Positions 12,886 through 25,612 of a stretch of DNA of 64,000 nt are shown here, one piece after another; position 1 is the stretch's first letter, and each line of letters opens with the position of its first letter. The notes beneath the pieces were generated by a model, which made no database searches, was not told the origin of the DNA, and worked only from the letters and a program-made list of their open reading frames with translations. The DNA is from Leucoraja ocellata (Eukaryota), in NCBI GenBank assembly GCA_036785375.1, contig JAWMAR010000377.1:1736001-1800000 (forward strand), given 5' to 3'. The position numbers were made by a program, and so were the translations under genes.

Positions 12886-14929
12886 GTAATTACATTTGAG
12901 GAAGAGGAAGTTGAAATTACTAAACTTGAAATTCAACAAAAATGGTGAGAATAGGAGCTGGGAGGAGCAAAGAGATGTAATGTATGAAAACACAAATCAC
13001 TAAAAGATTGTGCACATGCAGAAAAAGTGATCATATGGTTGAGTGTAATGTTTGCCTTTACTTCAGTGAGGATTTTATGCTTCAGTTCTACAGACTTTCC
13101 ATACACACCACTGAAATAATGTTTTGAGCATCGCACCTCAGAAAAGCTATAATGGCATTTGAGAGTGTATGTTAAAAATTGTTCGGTATTTTCTTTCCTT
13201 AAGTGCTGTAATAACCTTGCTACATTGCATTCTGAATCTTGTCACACTCCAGAAGCTTAAGTACAAAAATCTTGGCTTACATTCCAGGATAATATAGAAT
13301 GTGAGTTGCATGGTTGGGGGAATCATTTTTCAGATGATTTGCAAAAGACTATGACATTATTTTGAAATGGAGCAGTGGGTTAATTCCGGTGTCCTGGTTA
13401 TGAATATCATTATAAAAAAGACTGACATGTCACTATAACCTAATGTTTGTGGACGCTTATCATGCGTATTTTGTCTCTTGTGTTTCCAATATTACAACTT
13501 AAATGTATATACATTCCAATAAAATGTTTGGGATTCTGAAGGTTGTGAAATACACGACATAAAACCAAGACTTTTTTTGTTGTCACCAAAAGATGGGACC
13601 TTTTCGAAAAGCTGAAGTCTTGACCATACAAGAGGATTTTAAAAGTTAGATGCATTCAAAGACATGAAATTCATGTTAACCTGATATAATTATTTTTATT
13701 ATTATTTCAATTAGTTATGCTCAAGACTGGAGATTGGAGGGAAAAGGAAAAACACTTCTGATAAAAGTTATTTTTCTATATAGCTTGGATTACTTGATAA
13801 AAATAGTAGTGATGTTAAATTAGTAGCATGTTAAATTAAAGCCGAAAATGCTGGAATTACTCAGCACATCAGGCAACATCTGAGGGAAGAGAACCAGAGT
13901 TGATTTTACAAGTTAAATAACTTTTGTCAGAACTGAAAGCCACCCACAATGTTCTGATGAAGATTGTAGGTAAAGGTTTTGACCTGAAATGTTAATTCTG
14001 TTTATCCTCTCACAGATATTTAAAAAAACAAGGCAGGATCTCAGCCCTGCACTCGCTGCTATTGTGCAGCAAGGAGGCAGTGGCGGCGAAGAAACTGTTA
14101 AAGAAGACAGCTCCATCCTGCGGCTTTGAGTTAAAGATAGAATTCAGCGCGGCCGCATCTATTGATATTGACTTAGAAAGGGAAAATGCGCACCGACCAG
14201 TCTCTCTGCTTCATATACACGGGAATTCCCTCAGTATGGTCACTCTGCATTATGAAGTCCTCGACAGTGAACCCCATGGGCAATCACTACCAAAGTGCCT
14301 GCCCACAGTCAGTACACCTCTCAGACACTTGTCTCCCATAGTAAGTCACCCCAACCCCCCCTCCCCCAACTCCCCTCCCCTCCCCCCCCTCCCCCCCCAC
14401 CTTTCCCTCCCAACTCCAGTCCCGTCCCGACCCCCTGGGAAACTGAAAGGAGCGACAATCAACTGCCACGGATACAAATAATGTCATACACAAGAAAGGG
14501 CAGATGCTGGTTGACAAAAAGTGAACACACAGTGCTGGAGTAACACAAAGACGCAGCAGAATTTTGGAAACGTCATCCCGTCACCCATTCCTTCTCTCCA
14601 GAGATGCTGCCTGTCCGGTGAGTTAAAGAGTGCCCACGGTAGACTCACGAGTCACTACAGTAAACTCATGGGCTACTACGTTCTTACAACGAGTTTAAAT
14701 TTTTTACTTCAAGAGTAAATTTGACTCGTGGAAATCTTTCATCATGTTGAAAGATTTCCACGAGTTAACAAGTTTCCCGAGTACCTGCCGTTAGCGTTAT
14801 GAGTTCCGACGTTCCCACTACATTAATTCTACGTGATTACCATGAATTTGATTTGTTTTAAACTCGGGATCACTTGTGGGTGGACTCGCACCATGAGACA
14901 GGGATTTAAGGAGGGATTGATTGGAGATT

Positions 14930-15660
14930 AGTCAAGTGGATGAGAGATGGGGAAGATAGCTGAAGGTGATATGAGTAGAAAACAAAGGGTTGTAGATGGT
15001 GCAATCTGATAAGAAAGAAAGTTGAGAGTACAGAAGCAAAGGGCGGGATGGTGGGTGGGAGGAAACTGGGGAGGGGCACCTGGAGTAGGAAGGGGTGGGT
15101 GTTGAGCAGAGGACATTGCGGAGGAGACGGAAAAAAATAGAAGATGGTGAGGGAGGGAGGGTGTAGGAGTTGTAGGAGGGTGTGGAAATAAAGGAGTGCT
15201 TGAGAGAATCTGGGGAGCTCAGGAGAGAAATTGGAGGATTCAACATTCATGGCATTGGGTTGAAGGCTGCAGAGGCAGCTGCTGTTCTTCTCAGTTACAT
15301 GGGGTATTACTCTTACAGTGGAGAAGGCTGAGAGACAGATTGGTGTGGGAATAGGAAGGGGAATGGAAGTGGTTTGCAAACAGGGCTCCAGCGAAGCAGT
15401 CACCAAATCTATGCTTGGGTTTACCGATGTGGAGGAGCCCGTATCAAGAGCGTTGAATGTGATAGATGAGGTTGCAGCAGGTGCATGTTTCCCTCCAGGT
15501 GAGATTGCAGTTCACCTGCACCTCCTCTATTCTCATCGATTGCATTTGGTGCCCTTGATATGGTCTAATTTACATTGGTGAGATTAAGCAAAGACTAGAC
15601 ACTTTTCAAACACTTTGCAGACTCGTTCCAAACAGTTTCCAAGCACTCTGTCCACCTAGG
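14930..15660. mobile_element. Old Penelope-like element fragments in inverted arrangement
   Basis: GIY-YIG-like coding remnant on the minus strand (~15380-15485) directly abuts a plus-strand remnant FTCTSSILI.CI.C...IYIGE.KQRL (~15510-15600). Confidence 0.65.
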
Positions 15661-16214
15661 CTATCTGGAGCTAACCAGTTACAAAACGACCCCTGCTGCC
15701 CCACACTGCCCTCTGGTGAAACCCTGGAAAACATGAACAACTTCCCATTCTCCTCAGCAAAGGCAGACGTTGACAATAACATTTACCATTGATTTCAATT
15801 CACCAATGCACCCTTTGGTCAGTTGAGAAAAACTGTGTTTTCAGATTAAGTCATCCGACCAACTCAGTCTACCCGGCGACAGCAATTTCTGCCCTTCTAT
15901 TAGCTTCCGACAACTGCATTACCTACATTGGGCTTCTCAAAGCTCCGGCAAATTTCAACTGATGCTGCCTCCAATGAACCAATAAATTAGGTCCTCAGCC
16001 ATGAAGGCAATATTCTCATTATTGAGGCCTCAGCTACACTCAGTCTTCCACATTGAGCAATGCTGATCACATGCGGCATAATATCAAACTCCCTGTTCGG
16101 ATGGGTGACTGGGAGAGAATGAGTGAGTTAGTGTGTGCACACTCATGAGATTCTCAGGTTCTACACCGCATGAGGTAGTGGGTAAGATATTGTTGCAGAT
16201 ATTGAAAGATGAAA

Positions 16215-16830
16215 GACTACGTAAAGCAGGTCTCCCCACTACACACCTATGGACTTTTTATAGGGGGACAATCGAGAGCACATTGACCTACGGCATCACT
16301 TCCTGGTCCGGGAGCTGCAAGGCGTACGAACGGCACCAACTAGACAGGATTGTGAAGACCGCCAGCAGGATTATTGGTGCTCCACTCCCTTTCCTGCTGG
16401 ACATATACAGGAAGAGATGTATCAGCAGAGCCATCTCCATCATCAAAGACCCCTACCACCCATCGCATCACATATTCTCCATCTGCGAAGAGGTACAGGA
16501 GCATTAGCTGCAAAACCAGCAGGATGCTCCTCAGCTTCTTCCCACAGGCTATAAGACTGCTAAACGGACTTTGCCCCCTGCCAAAGTATCGCGCACCAAC
16601 CACCAACCTGGACACACTGCAGCAGAGCCACTGTTGTGCCGCTGCCGATCGGAACGGCTGTTGAATGTTTAGTAGAGTGTTAAATTTGTTCATGATATAT
16701 GTATTTTTATTTCTATTTATTTTTAATGCACACTGAATGGACACTGGTTGAGCAACGTTTTTTTGTTTCCTCTGGGTATGTGAATACTCAGGAAATGACA
16801 ATAAAGATATACAATACAATACAATATAAT
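16215..16830 (+). mobile_element. Rex1/Babar-type LINE 3' fragment
   Basis: Translates to FYRGTIESTLTYGITSW, IIKDPYHPSH and SFFPQAIRLLN. Tail has aataaa followed by (atac/aatac)n. Confidence 0.85.
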
Positions 16831-17077
16831 AATGCATTGACTGAGCTTTAGCATGCGTGTGAGGCCATTAAAACATTTGTATCACGGTATTTATCTTCTA
16901 GATGCTTCAATCCAGGTGTTCAATTCAAATGTAACCTCTTCCCACTGCTGCTCGACTACCTGTCTGAAGGACTTCCGTGCCCTGAGAGTACAAATGTTCT
17001 CTGCATCTCTCCCTAACTGATCAACCAAAGCTTTCAGTTGCATCGGAACATTTGAGTGTTCAATTTCATCCTTCGTG

Positions 17078-17645
17078 ACTGAATGAATGAATGAATGAAT
17101 AAGTGTATTGGCCAAGTATGTTCACATACAAGGAATTTGCCTTGGTGCTCCGCTCGCAAGTGACAAAATGACAAATGAGAATGACACGTAAAACGTTAAA
17201 CATTAATAATAAAACATTATTGATTAAGCATGAGAATTAAATAAAATACCAAAGCAAAAGGTGGCAACAGATTTGTGGTTATCGAGTAGAGCTACTACTC
17301 GTGGAATAAAAAACAGTTTTTTATCTGGCTGTGGCAGCTTTGACAGTCCCAAGTCACCTTCCAGAGGGAAGTGATTCAAAGAGTTTGTGGCCAGGGTGAG
17401 GGGGGTCAGAGATGATCGTGCCCGCTCACTTCCTGGCCCTTGCAGTGTACAGTTCATCAATGGAGGGAAGGTTGCAGCTAACAACCTTCTTGGCTGATCG
17501 GACGATTCGCTGCAGCCTCCGGGTGTCGTGCTTGGTGGCTGAGCCAAACCAGCCCATGATGGAGAAGGTGAGGACAGGTTCTACGAAGGTCGTATAGAAT
17601 TGGACCATCATTGCCTATGGCAGATTGTGCTTCTTCAGCTGCCGC
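17078..17645 (-). mobile_element. Rex1/Babar-type LINE 3' fragment
   Basis: Translates to FYTTFVEPVLTFSIMGWFG...LQRIVRSA and ends in a (ttca)n tail. A sister copy lies at ~54160-54530. Confidence 0.8.
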
Positions 17646-18301
17646 AGCAACCCTTAATGAAGTGCAGCTGTGGCTTAAAATCAGCTTTCCATGGGTTCAA
17701 CTGGTTCAAGCCATTCATAAAAATTGGGCACCATGGATATCCACTAAGATATTTAATACAATAATGCGGGGTGAATACCACAGAACGGATAATAAAGTGA
17801 GGACATACCTTTTGTTTGTTGTGACTGGATCAAATAGTTACAGGTTAATTGTGCATAAAGATCTCAGTGTACTGTTTGAATAAAGCCCACAGGAATTGTT
17901 CATTGTACACAAAATTTTAATATTAAAGAGGTTCACGTTTTGTATAAACACTCAGTTTAATATTTAAACGATGCAGCTCAACAATTAGTACAAAAGGATA
18001 AGGTTTGTGTGTTAACGTGTTGACTGTGAAGTGAAGACGAGCTCCGTCGCCCACTGCACACCCTCAGCTGTTCACCCAGGTTGGCTTTGATTGGTCGGCC
18101 CAGATCACGGCAGTTCACGGGAGAGCTCGAGCTCGAGCCCGACGTATGACGGTTCGAGACCAAAGTGGCCCGGCCCGCCACATGACCCCCCCCCCCCCCC
18201 GACCCCCAGAACCAGAGTATTGGACGTCGGTTAGACTGTCGAGTGCGGCGGCCTGATCTTGTTTACGTGTCTCTTGTGTTCGGGGTTGCAGCTGGTTGAG
18301 T

Positions 18302-19350
18302 TAGGTATGTTACAAAACTTACCTTCATGGTGCTGTAATTCTACCACCGACCTTGTGCGCGATTTTGGCACGTTTGAGGGGGGGGGGGGGGGGCGGGGTT
18401 AAAACGGGTTTTTTCCCCAACCTGGTCCTGAATTATATTTGGTAGAGTGCAACATTTTGCTAAAGAATCATTCCTACGGCCGTTCTGTGTGTTTTTAAAA
18501 AAAATTCACCCGACAAGTTAATCGCTGGAATGATTTTAAAAGCAGCTTCTGAAGCCGCCAATGCCGACAACGGGGACGGATTTTATGCAGGACCAGGTAA
18601 AAGAAAGTAGCTTATTTTTATGTATAAAATGTTGCTTAAGATGTATTTAATTCACATTTTAGGTTGCGAAACGGTGATTCCCCCCCCGAAGAACCAGCAG
18701 TGTATTTGCTGCAGATACGGGGGTATAAATTCACCGCATCTGAACGGTTTAAATGGTCCCATTCCAGTAAAACTCACTCGCAAGCTGATTTAAATGGCCA
18801 TTCATTTACAGGTATTAAACATTAAATCCCTTCCATTTGGCTTATAAACCCATGACAATGAGATTTTAACATTATGTTATATTCTGAATTATTGTGTGAA
18901 TGTTATTTGGACACTTAGGCTATTTAAAAATGTTAATCTATTCTTAAGAAATGGATAGATGTTTAGATCTAGTAATTGAATTTTGTAATTAGCTACTTTT
19001 AGGTAACTAACTAATTATATGCTTTAATTTCAAGTCATCTAAGTAAAATTGTTTCATATTTGTTTCAGAATGCTTCAATCTATAATAACTGAAAATTTCT
19101 TTCAGTTCTCTTAAATTGTAAGAAAGTTATCGGCCTTTAAATGTTCTCAATCACAGCTTTTGTGTTCAGTCAATGAAAATGCAATAGGGAACAAGATGCC
19201 AATTTCCGAGTATGAAAATGGTCATAACTTCTTTAATACTGAAGATATGAAAGTGAATTAGGTGTCAAATTAAACTTATTTGTATGCTTTATCTGATGGG
19301 ATAAATTAAAGACTTGATTTTTAAAATCTCAAAATTTTGTAACATTGCTA
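18302..19350. mobile_element. Non-autonomous DNA transposon (hAT-like) inserted in the Gypsy element
   Basis: TIR taggtatgttacaaaa / ttttgtaacattgcta, with flanking gttgagt(t) duplicated (7-8 bp). Confidence 0.75.
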
Positions 19351-19361
19351 GTTGAGTTGAG

Positions 19362-20870
19362 GGCAGGTTCTTGAGTCCAAAAGGCATGCGCAGGTACTCA
19401 AAGAGCCCGAAAGGGGTGATGAGGGCCGTCTTGCGGATGTCGTCTGGGTGGACCAGAATCTGATGGTAGCCGTGTACCAGGTCAATCTTGGAAAATACCT
19501 TGTCACCGTCCAGGTTTGCCGTGAAGTCCTGAATGTGAGGGGCAGGGTACCAGTCGGCTGTTTTGACCTTGTTGAGACGGTGGTAGTCCCCACAGGGTCT
19601 CCATTCCCCAGATGCTTTGGGGACCGTGAAGCGGGGATGCCCACGGGCTGTCTGAGCGGCGTACTATGCCCATTTCCTCTATCTTGTGAAACTCGCCTTT
19701 GGCCAGTTGGAGTTTGTCTAGGGGCAGCCTGCGTGCGCGTGCATGGAGTGGCGGTCTGGTGGTGGGGATATGGTGCTTCACCCCATGCTTGGGGCTGGCT
19801 GTTGTGAACTGGGGAGTTATGATGTCAGGGAAATCGGCCAATATCCTGGCACACTCATAGTCGGAAAAGGTCACCAAGCCGAGGTGGGGTGCAGTCAACT
19901 CAGCGTGGCACAAGCCGATCGACTTGAACGTTTCAGGGAGTGCGTCCAGAGGAAGTCGGCGGCTGGCAGCGGTTGTGAGACATCGGTGATGGTAAAGGCC
20001 CACTTGAAGAGACAGGAGTTTAAGTTTAGCGGGATTGTGCGGATCCCATATGTCTGATGTTCCTGTTATTGGCGGAAGTCAGGGGAGGCCCCTTCTTTCC
20101 GGATCGAGAGTCGGTGCTCGAGGGTGGCAATACACTGACCTCCGCTCCCGTGTCAACTAGAAAATGCCGCCCCGTAAGACGATCCCAGGTGTAGAGGAGA
20201 CAATGTTTTTGGCTGGCCACAACTGCTACTACCGACGGCCGGCCGAGGCATTTCCCAGGGTGGTCGTCATCAGCGGGCCTCGGAGCCCCGCCTTTGGTGG
20301 TAGTAGCACAACTTGTCCTTGCTGATGCCGTTGGTGGCTGACGTTACTGCCGCCCCCTCCTTGGAGGCTGGGACCACCCGTATAACCTGCCAAGGCACAA
20401 CCGCCACCCGATTGATGGTGGCTCCACCTTGCCTGCCACAGCATATCCGCTCGGGCTGCCAGCCATCGGGGGTTGGTGGAATCGTCATTCGCAAGGAGCA
20501 AGGGGATGTCCTCGGGCATCTGCTCAAGGAAGACCTATTCGAAAAGGAGGCAGGTCTTGTGTCCATCCATCAGGGCGAGCATTTTGTTCATGAGCACGGA
20601 CGGTTTACGGTCGTCTAGGTCATCCATGTGCAGGAGTTTTGTCGCCCTGTCGCGGTGGCTGAGACCAAATGTGTCCTTCAGGAGTGTCTTGATCGCTTCG
20701 TACTTATTGTCGGCTGGTGGCTGGCGGAGGTAATCGATGAGGCGCCCGGCGGTTTCCTGGTCCAGCGCACTGACCACGTAGTAGTGCTTGGTGACGTCGG
20801 AAGTTATCTGGCAGGTGTGGAATTGGGCTTCGACTTATTCAAACCACACTTAGGGCTGTGATGTCCAGAA
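19362..20870 (-). pseudogene. Gypsy gag-protease-RT pseudogene
   Basis: Gag FWTSQP.VWF..VEAQF...KYEAIK...RKPS and CYYH; protease FLVDTGAEVSVLP; RT IVRRSDSPWASPLH...KTALITPFGLFEYLRMPFGLKN. Frameshifted. Confidence 0.9.
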
Positions 20871-22544
20871 GATTCAAGATTCAAGATTCAATTTAATTGT
20901 CACTTGAACCAATTAAGGTACAGTGAAATTTGAGTTACCATACAGCCATACTAAATAAAAAGCAAAAATACACACAGCACATAAAATGAAGTTTAACATA
21001 CAAAACCACCACAGTGGAATCAACATTCCTCACTGTGATGGAAGGCAATAAAGTTCAGTCATCTTCCTCCTTTGTTCACCCGTGGTCAGGGTTGAACCCT
21101 CCGCACTTGCCATTGCAGATGGTCCGCTGTTCAAGCCCACTCGTTGGGATGATCGAAACTCCAGCGTCAGGATGGATCGGAACACTCTGCGGCATGGAGA
21201 TCCCGAGTCAGACGCTTCTCACTGGAGACCACTGCTTCATGGTGTTAAAGTCCACAGGCCCCACAGTCGGAGCTCTAACACTGGCGATCTTCGGCCAAAG
21301 ATCCCAGGCTTTGCGATGCTAAGTCCGCACCACACCCGTGGCTTGAAGCTCCGGGCCGGTACCCAGGAAAGGCCGTACCACTCCACGTTGTAGCCAGCGG
21401 AGTCAGATGAGAGCAGGAGAGATTAAGACAGTGTATAACCCATAGCACCTTAGTGTACAATTTCATAACATATACTAAATAACAGGGCTGACAGACCTTG
21501 GCTGGGAACCTGGGGCTCACCAAAATTGTTCCCATTGGGCCCTGTACCTCCTAAGGCCGGCCCTGCAGCTCAACGATTAGTACAAAAGGACAAGGTGTGT
21601 GTGTTAACGTGTTGACTGTGAAGTGAAGATGAGCTCCGTCGCCCGTTGCACACCATCTGTTGTTCACCCAGATCACTCCAGTTCACGCGAGTGCTCGAAC
21701 TCGACGAACGACGGTTCGAGACCAAAGTGGCTCGGCCCACCACAATATCAATTAGGCATAATTCCAGCATTCAATAAAATTGTATAAGGTCAAACCTAAC
21801 ATTATTCCACATTGCCAAGAATGGAGAATTATGATTGCTATTTACAGTTCAGAGTGCAGGATAGAATCTTCCCCTGTAAAGCAACAAATTAAAAAGGAAT
21901 GTCTATTGCATATCCCAAAATTATTTCTTTTTGACCATTTTAAAGTGTTTGTTTGTTGATGTCTTCATGGTAGTGAAGGGCATGCATCCAACATATTAAC
22001 ATCTTTTTTCTTTATAGATTCTGGCTGAACTGCAACAATTTCTATTTAACTCGTTCAATATACTCTAGAGGCTTCAGTAAATAACTTACTGAAAAGAGCA
22101 ATCTAAAGTAGAGGTTGAATTATCTCGGAAAAGCACAGAAGAAAACTGAAAACATTGCGATAGAATGGTTTCTTTTTATGAGCCAAGTTAAACTTTCAAA
22201 CCAAAAACATATTGTTCCAGGTTTCTCTGTCCCAATGACATCACTTTGGCTACTGTTGCTCTTGAAAGTGCACTTCAGATTTGACATTGAAAATGAATTC
22301 AGAATAAAAGGATTTAGACCTCAAGGAACTATTTTTTTATGATCCTTTTAGGTTTTTTTTTCTCTCACAAAGGGCGCTAGTGGTTGTATGGAATACCTGA
22401 TCTTTCATCTACTACAAAGTACTTTTTCTAAACTCATAAGGTTGAGACAGCATGATGTAGGGCTTCTAATCACCTCATTACTGTCTGAAAGACTCTTCCC
22501 ATACAAATTTCACACCATGTGAAGGGGGTGCATCATTGCAGAAG

Positions 22545-23452
22545 ACAAGTTTAGTTTATTGTTATGTGTACCAAGGTACAGGGAACAGCTTTTGTTGCGT
22601 GCTAGCCACAGCAGAAAGACAATACGTGATTACAATCAATTCATTTACGGTATATAGATACATGATAAGGGAATAACATTTAGTGCAAGGTAAAGCCAGC
22701 AAAGTCCAATCAAGGATTGTCCTCGGGTCATCAAAGAGGTAGATAGTAGTTCAGCACTGCTCGCTGGTTGTGGTAGGATGATTCAGTTGTCTGATAACAG
22801 CTGGGAAGAAACTGTCCCTAATTCTGGTGGTGTGCATTTTCACACCTATAACATTTGCCTGATGAGAGAGGGGAGAAGAGGGAGTGGCGAGGGTGTGACT
22901 CGTCGTTGATATTGCTGCTGGCTTTACCAAGGCAGCGTGAGATATAAATGGAGTCAATAGAAGTGAGGTTGATTTATGTGATGGCCTGGGCTGTGTCCAC
23001 AATTCGCTGCAATTTCTGGCGGCCCTGGATGGAGCTGTTCCCAAACCAAGCTGTGATGCATACTGATAAAATGCTTTCTATGGTGTATCTGAAGAAATCA
23101 TTGTGCGTTGTAGGGAACATGCCAAACTTCCTACCTTCGAAGGAAATAGAGGCATTGGTGTGTCATTTTGGTTGTTGCATTAATATCGGTGGTCCAGAGG
23201 AAGTTGTTGGTGATATTGACTCTGAGGAATTTGAAGTTTTCGACCATATCAATCTCAGTACCGTCCATGCAAACTGAGGTATGTGTATGGCTTTGTTTCC
23301 TGAAGTTGATCACTATCTCCTTTGTCTTGCTGGCGTTGAGAAAACGGTTGTCGTCTCGACACCAGGACATGAGGTTCTCATTCTCCTTCCTGTACTTCGT
23401 TTCATCATAATTTGATATCTGGCCCACAATGGTGGTGTCATCTGCGAATTTG
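22545..23452 (-). mobile_element. Rex1/Babar-type LINE RT fragment
   Basis: Translates to FKFADDTTIVGQI, LNASKTKEIVINFRK and SFFPAVIRQLN. Confidence 0.85.
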
Positions 23453-24110
23453 AAAAATGAATTTTCAATTCAACCAGATTCAATTCAGATAAACCAACGC
23501 TGGCACAGGTAAAGTGTATTGTCTCACAGGAAAATGTTGTATTTCACCTCCTTGCTACCATCATGGACAGAGACTGCTGAATATGAAAAGGTAGAGAGCC
23601 GAGTCGTCTCCATTCTTGGATGGAAGTAATTACAATTAACAACCATCTTCCAAAACTTTCCATTTACAATAGGAAAACATTTAGAAGGACTTTGAGGTTA
23701 AGAAATTGATTCCATATATTGCACCACATATAAAAACACCACACATTAACTACGAATTAGCACAGCAGTAAAACACACTTCACATAAAGACATGATATAC
23801 ACTACATGTTTAATAAATTGCTGGAAGAAAACATCCTGATAGTTCAGCTGAAAGCATTACTGGTAAACAATCAAGTCATAAGTCAAATTGATGGCAAGTT
23901 TTGGATGAACAAGTTAGTGGGGAGGGTTGTTAAATATTGGTGTAAGGAGTATTATAGCAAGATTTAAACATTTTAAATCTATACAATGATGCCAAACAAG
24001 TTTCCAAACCATAGGTTATCTCAGAAAGTGATCAACCTAGTTTTATTTGCTTACATCCTTGACTAGGTTGATTTACATAACTTCTAATCACTCGAAGCAC
24101 TGAAACAATA

Positions 24111-24205
24111 GTTTGAAGAAGGGTCTCGACCCGAAACGTCACCCATTCCTTTGCTCCTGAGATGCTGCCTGTCCCACTGAGTTACTCCAGCATTTTGTGT
24201 CTAAC
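24111..24205 (+). mobile_element. Penelope-derived short repeat with minimal hammerhead motif
   Basis: (t)TGAAGA-a-GGGTctcgACCC-GAAACGTC-accc followed by the family body agatgctgcc...gagttactccagc. An older copy lies at ~24330-24750. Confidence 0.75.
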
Positions 24206-25302
24206 AAAGGTTCAATTAATCGATGTTCACCGTCTACCGCATTCCTACCCTTGTTCCTTATGCATGACTTCAGTTAAATCTATATTTGACAACAGTACTT
24301 CAAAAACAATTATAGAACTATTTTGATACACCGGCTTACCCTTCTCTTTCCTGTGTACCCCCACCCTCCAGTGCACCCATTTCTCCCACTATCCCGTTCC
24401 TCTTACCCCTCCCATCTCTCACCTATATTCCTCCATTTAGCTTTACATTTCACTCCTTTCTTTCTCCTTATCTAGCACCTATGTGTCTCCTTTTCATCTC
24501 TAGCCTTTGCTCACCCATCTGCCAATCAAACCCCTCTCACCTGTGTAAACGTATCACTTGTCATGCTTTGTGTTACCCCTAATCTCTTTAAAAAGCTTTC
24601 TCCCCACAACTGCAGTCTACTCTAAAGAAGGGTTCTGATCCAAAATGTCGCCTATCATCCCCTCCACAGATATTGTCTGATACACTGAGCCACTCCAGCT
24701 CTTTATGTTTTACTCAAAATTCCAGCATCTGTAGTTCCTCGTGTCTCCAGTTTATATTTATCAGACATGCTATTCCATGTCTTCTTGTTTCATTACTGGA
24801 ACAATTCCTTATTAAAATTACATTGTGATCATGTAATGAGCCTTATACACGATTATGTGTGGGCAGCAAACAGTTAAATTGCAAGCTACATGTTAACTTA
24901 CTGCAGAAATCAGATTCAATAGCAAGTCCCATGCTCACTACCCACTTTTTATGCCCAAAGCACGCAGCATGGTAATTGGTCTATTATCTCCACCCATGGG
25001 ATTATCTACCTGCGGCTGTGGCTAGGCGTAAAGCATATCAGGAGCTTCTCTTAGTTCTTTCTGATCCTATACCCTGAATTATTTTTCCTACAATTTTATT
25101 TAAATCCAACTACTAGTTGGTCCCTCTTGTGGTTTGGACCACAATGAAAGGCTTTCAGCTAAAGCATGGTTAGCAGTTAACTGAATCAAGATATGCAGAA
25201 TCAATTCCATGTATAAGTTGGGGAAAGATTGATGTGTTTGCCAAATGCTTCATGTGTCGATTGGAATAATTTAGATTCACTATTTGTGAAAAGCTTGAAC
25301 AA

Positions 25303-25612
25303 CGGGCAGTCACGGTGATGCAGCGGTAGAGTTGCTGTCTTACAGTGAATGCAACGCCGGAGACCCGGGTTCGATCCCGATTACAGGTGCTGTCTGTACG
25401 AAATTTTTGTACGTTCTCCCTGTGACCTGCGTGGGTTTTCTCCGAGGTCTTCGGTTTCCTCCCACATTCCAAAGACGTACAGATATGTAGGTTAATTGGT
25501 TTGGTAAATGTAAAAAATGGCCCTAGTGGGTGTAGGATAGTGTTAATGTGCGGGGTCGCTGGTCGGCACAGACCCTGTGGGCCGAAGCGCCTGTTTCTGT
25601 GCTTAAACTAAA
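25303..25612 (+). mobile_element. tRNA-derived HE1-like SINE
   Basis: A-box-like gcagcggtagag, B-box ggttcgatccc, central domain and gggccgaa tail. Confidence 0.85.

Larger units (their letters stand above)
17972..21744 (-). mobile_element. Gypsy/Ty3 LTR retrotransposon, internally deleted and interrupted
   Basis: Two related LTRs (21564-21744 and 17972-18182, TG...CA on the minus strand). Poly-G PPT at ~18186-18200. Gag, protease and RT remnants lie between them. Confidence 0.9.

Noticed and set aside
17808-17872. Minus-strand exon candidate with good splice sites
   Set aside because: Stops in all three frames and no other support.
17960-21750. TSD and PBS for the Gypsy element
   Set aside because: The flanks (acga vs atat) do not match, and the PBS region is replaced by other insertions, so neither is claimed.
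25303-25385. tRNA genes at SINE heads (also 32155, 61748, 12885)
   Set aside because: A/B boxes run directly into SINE bodies; no cloverleaf.
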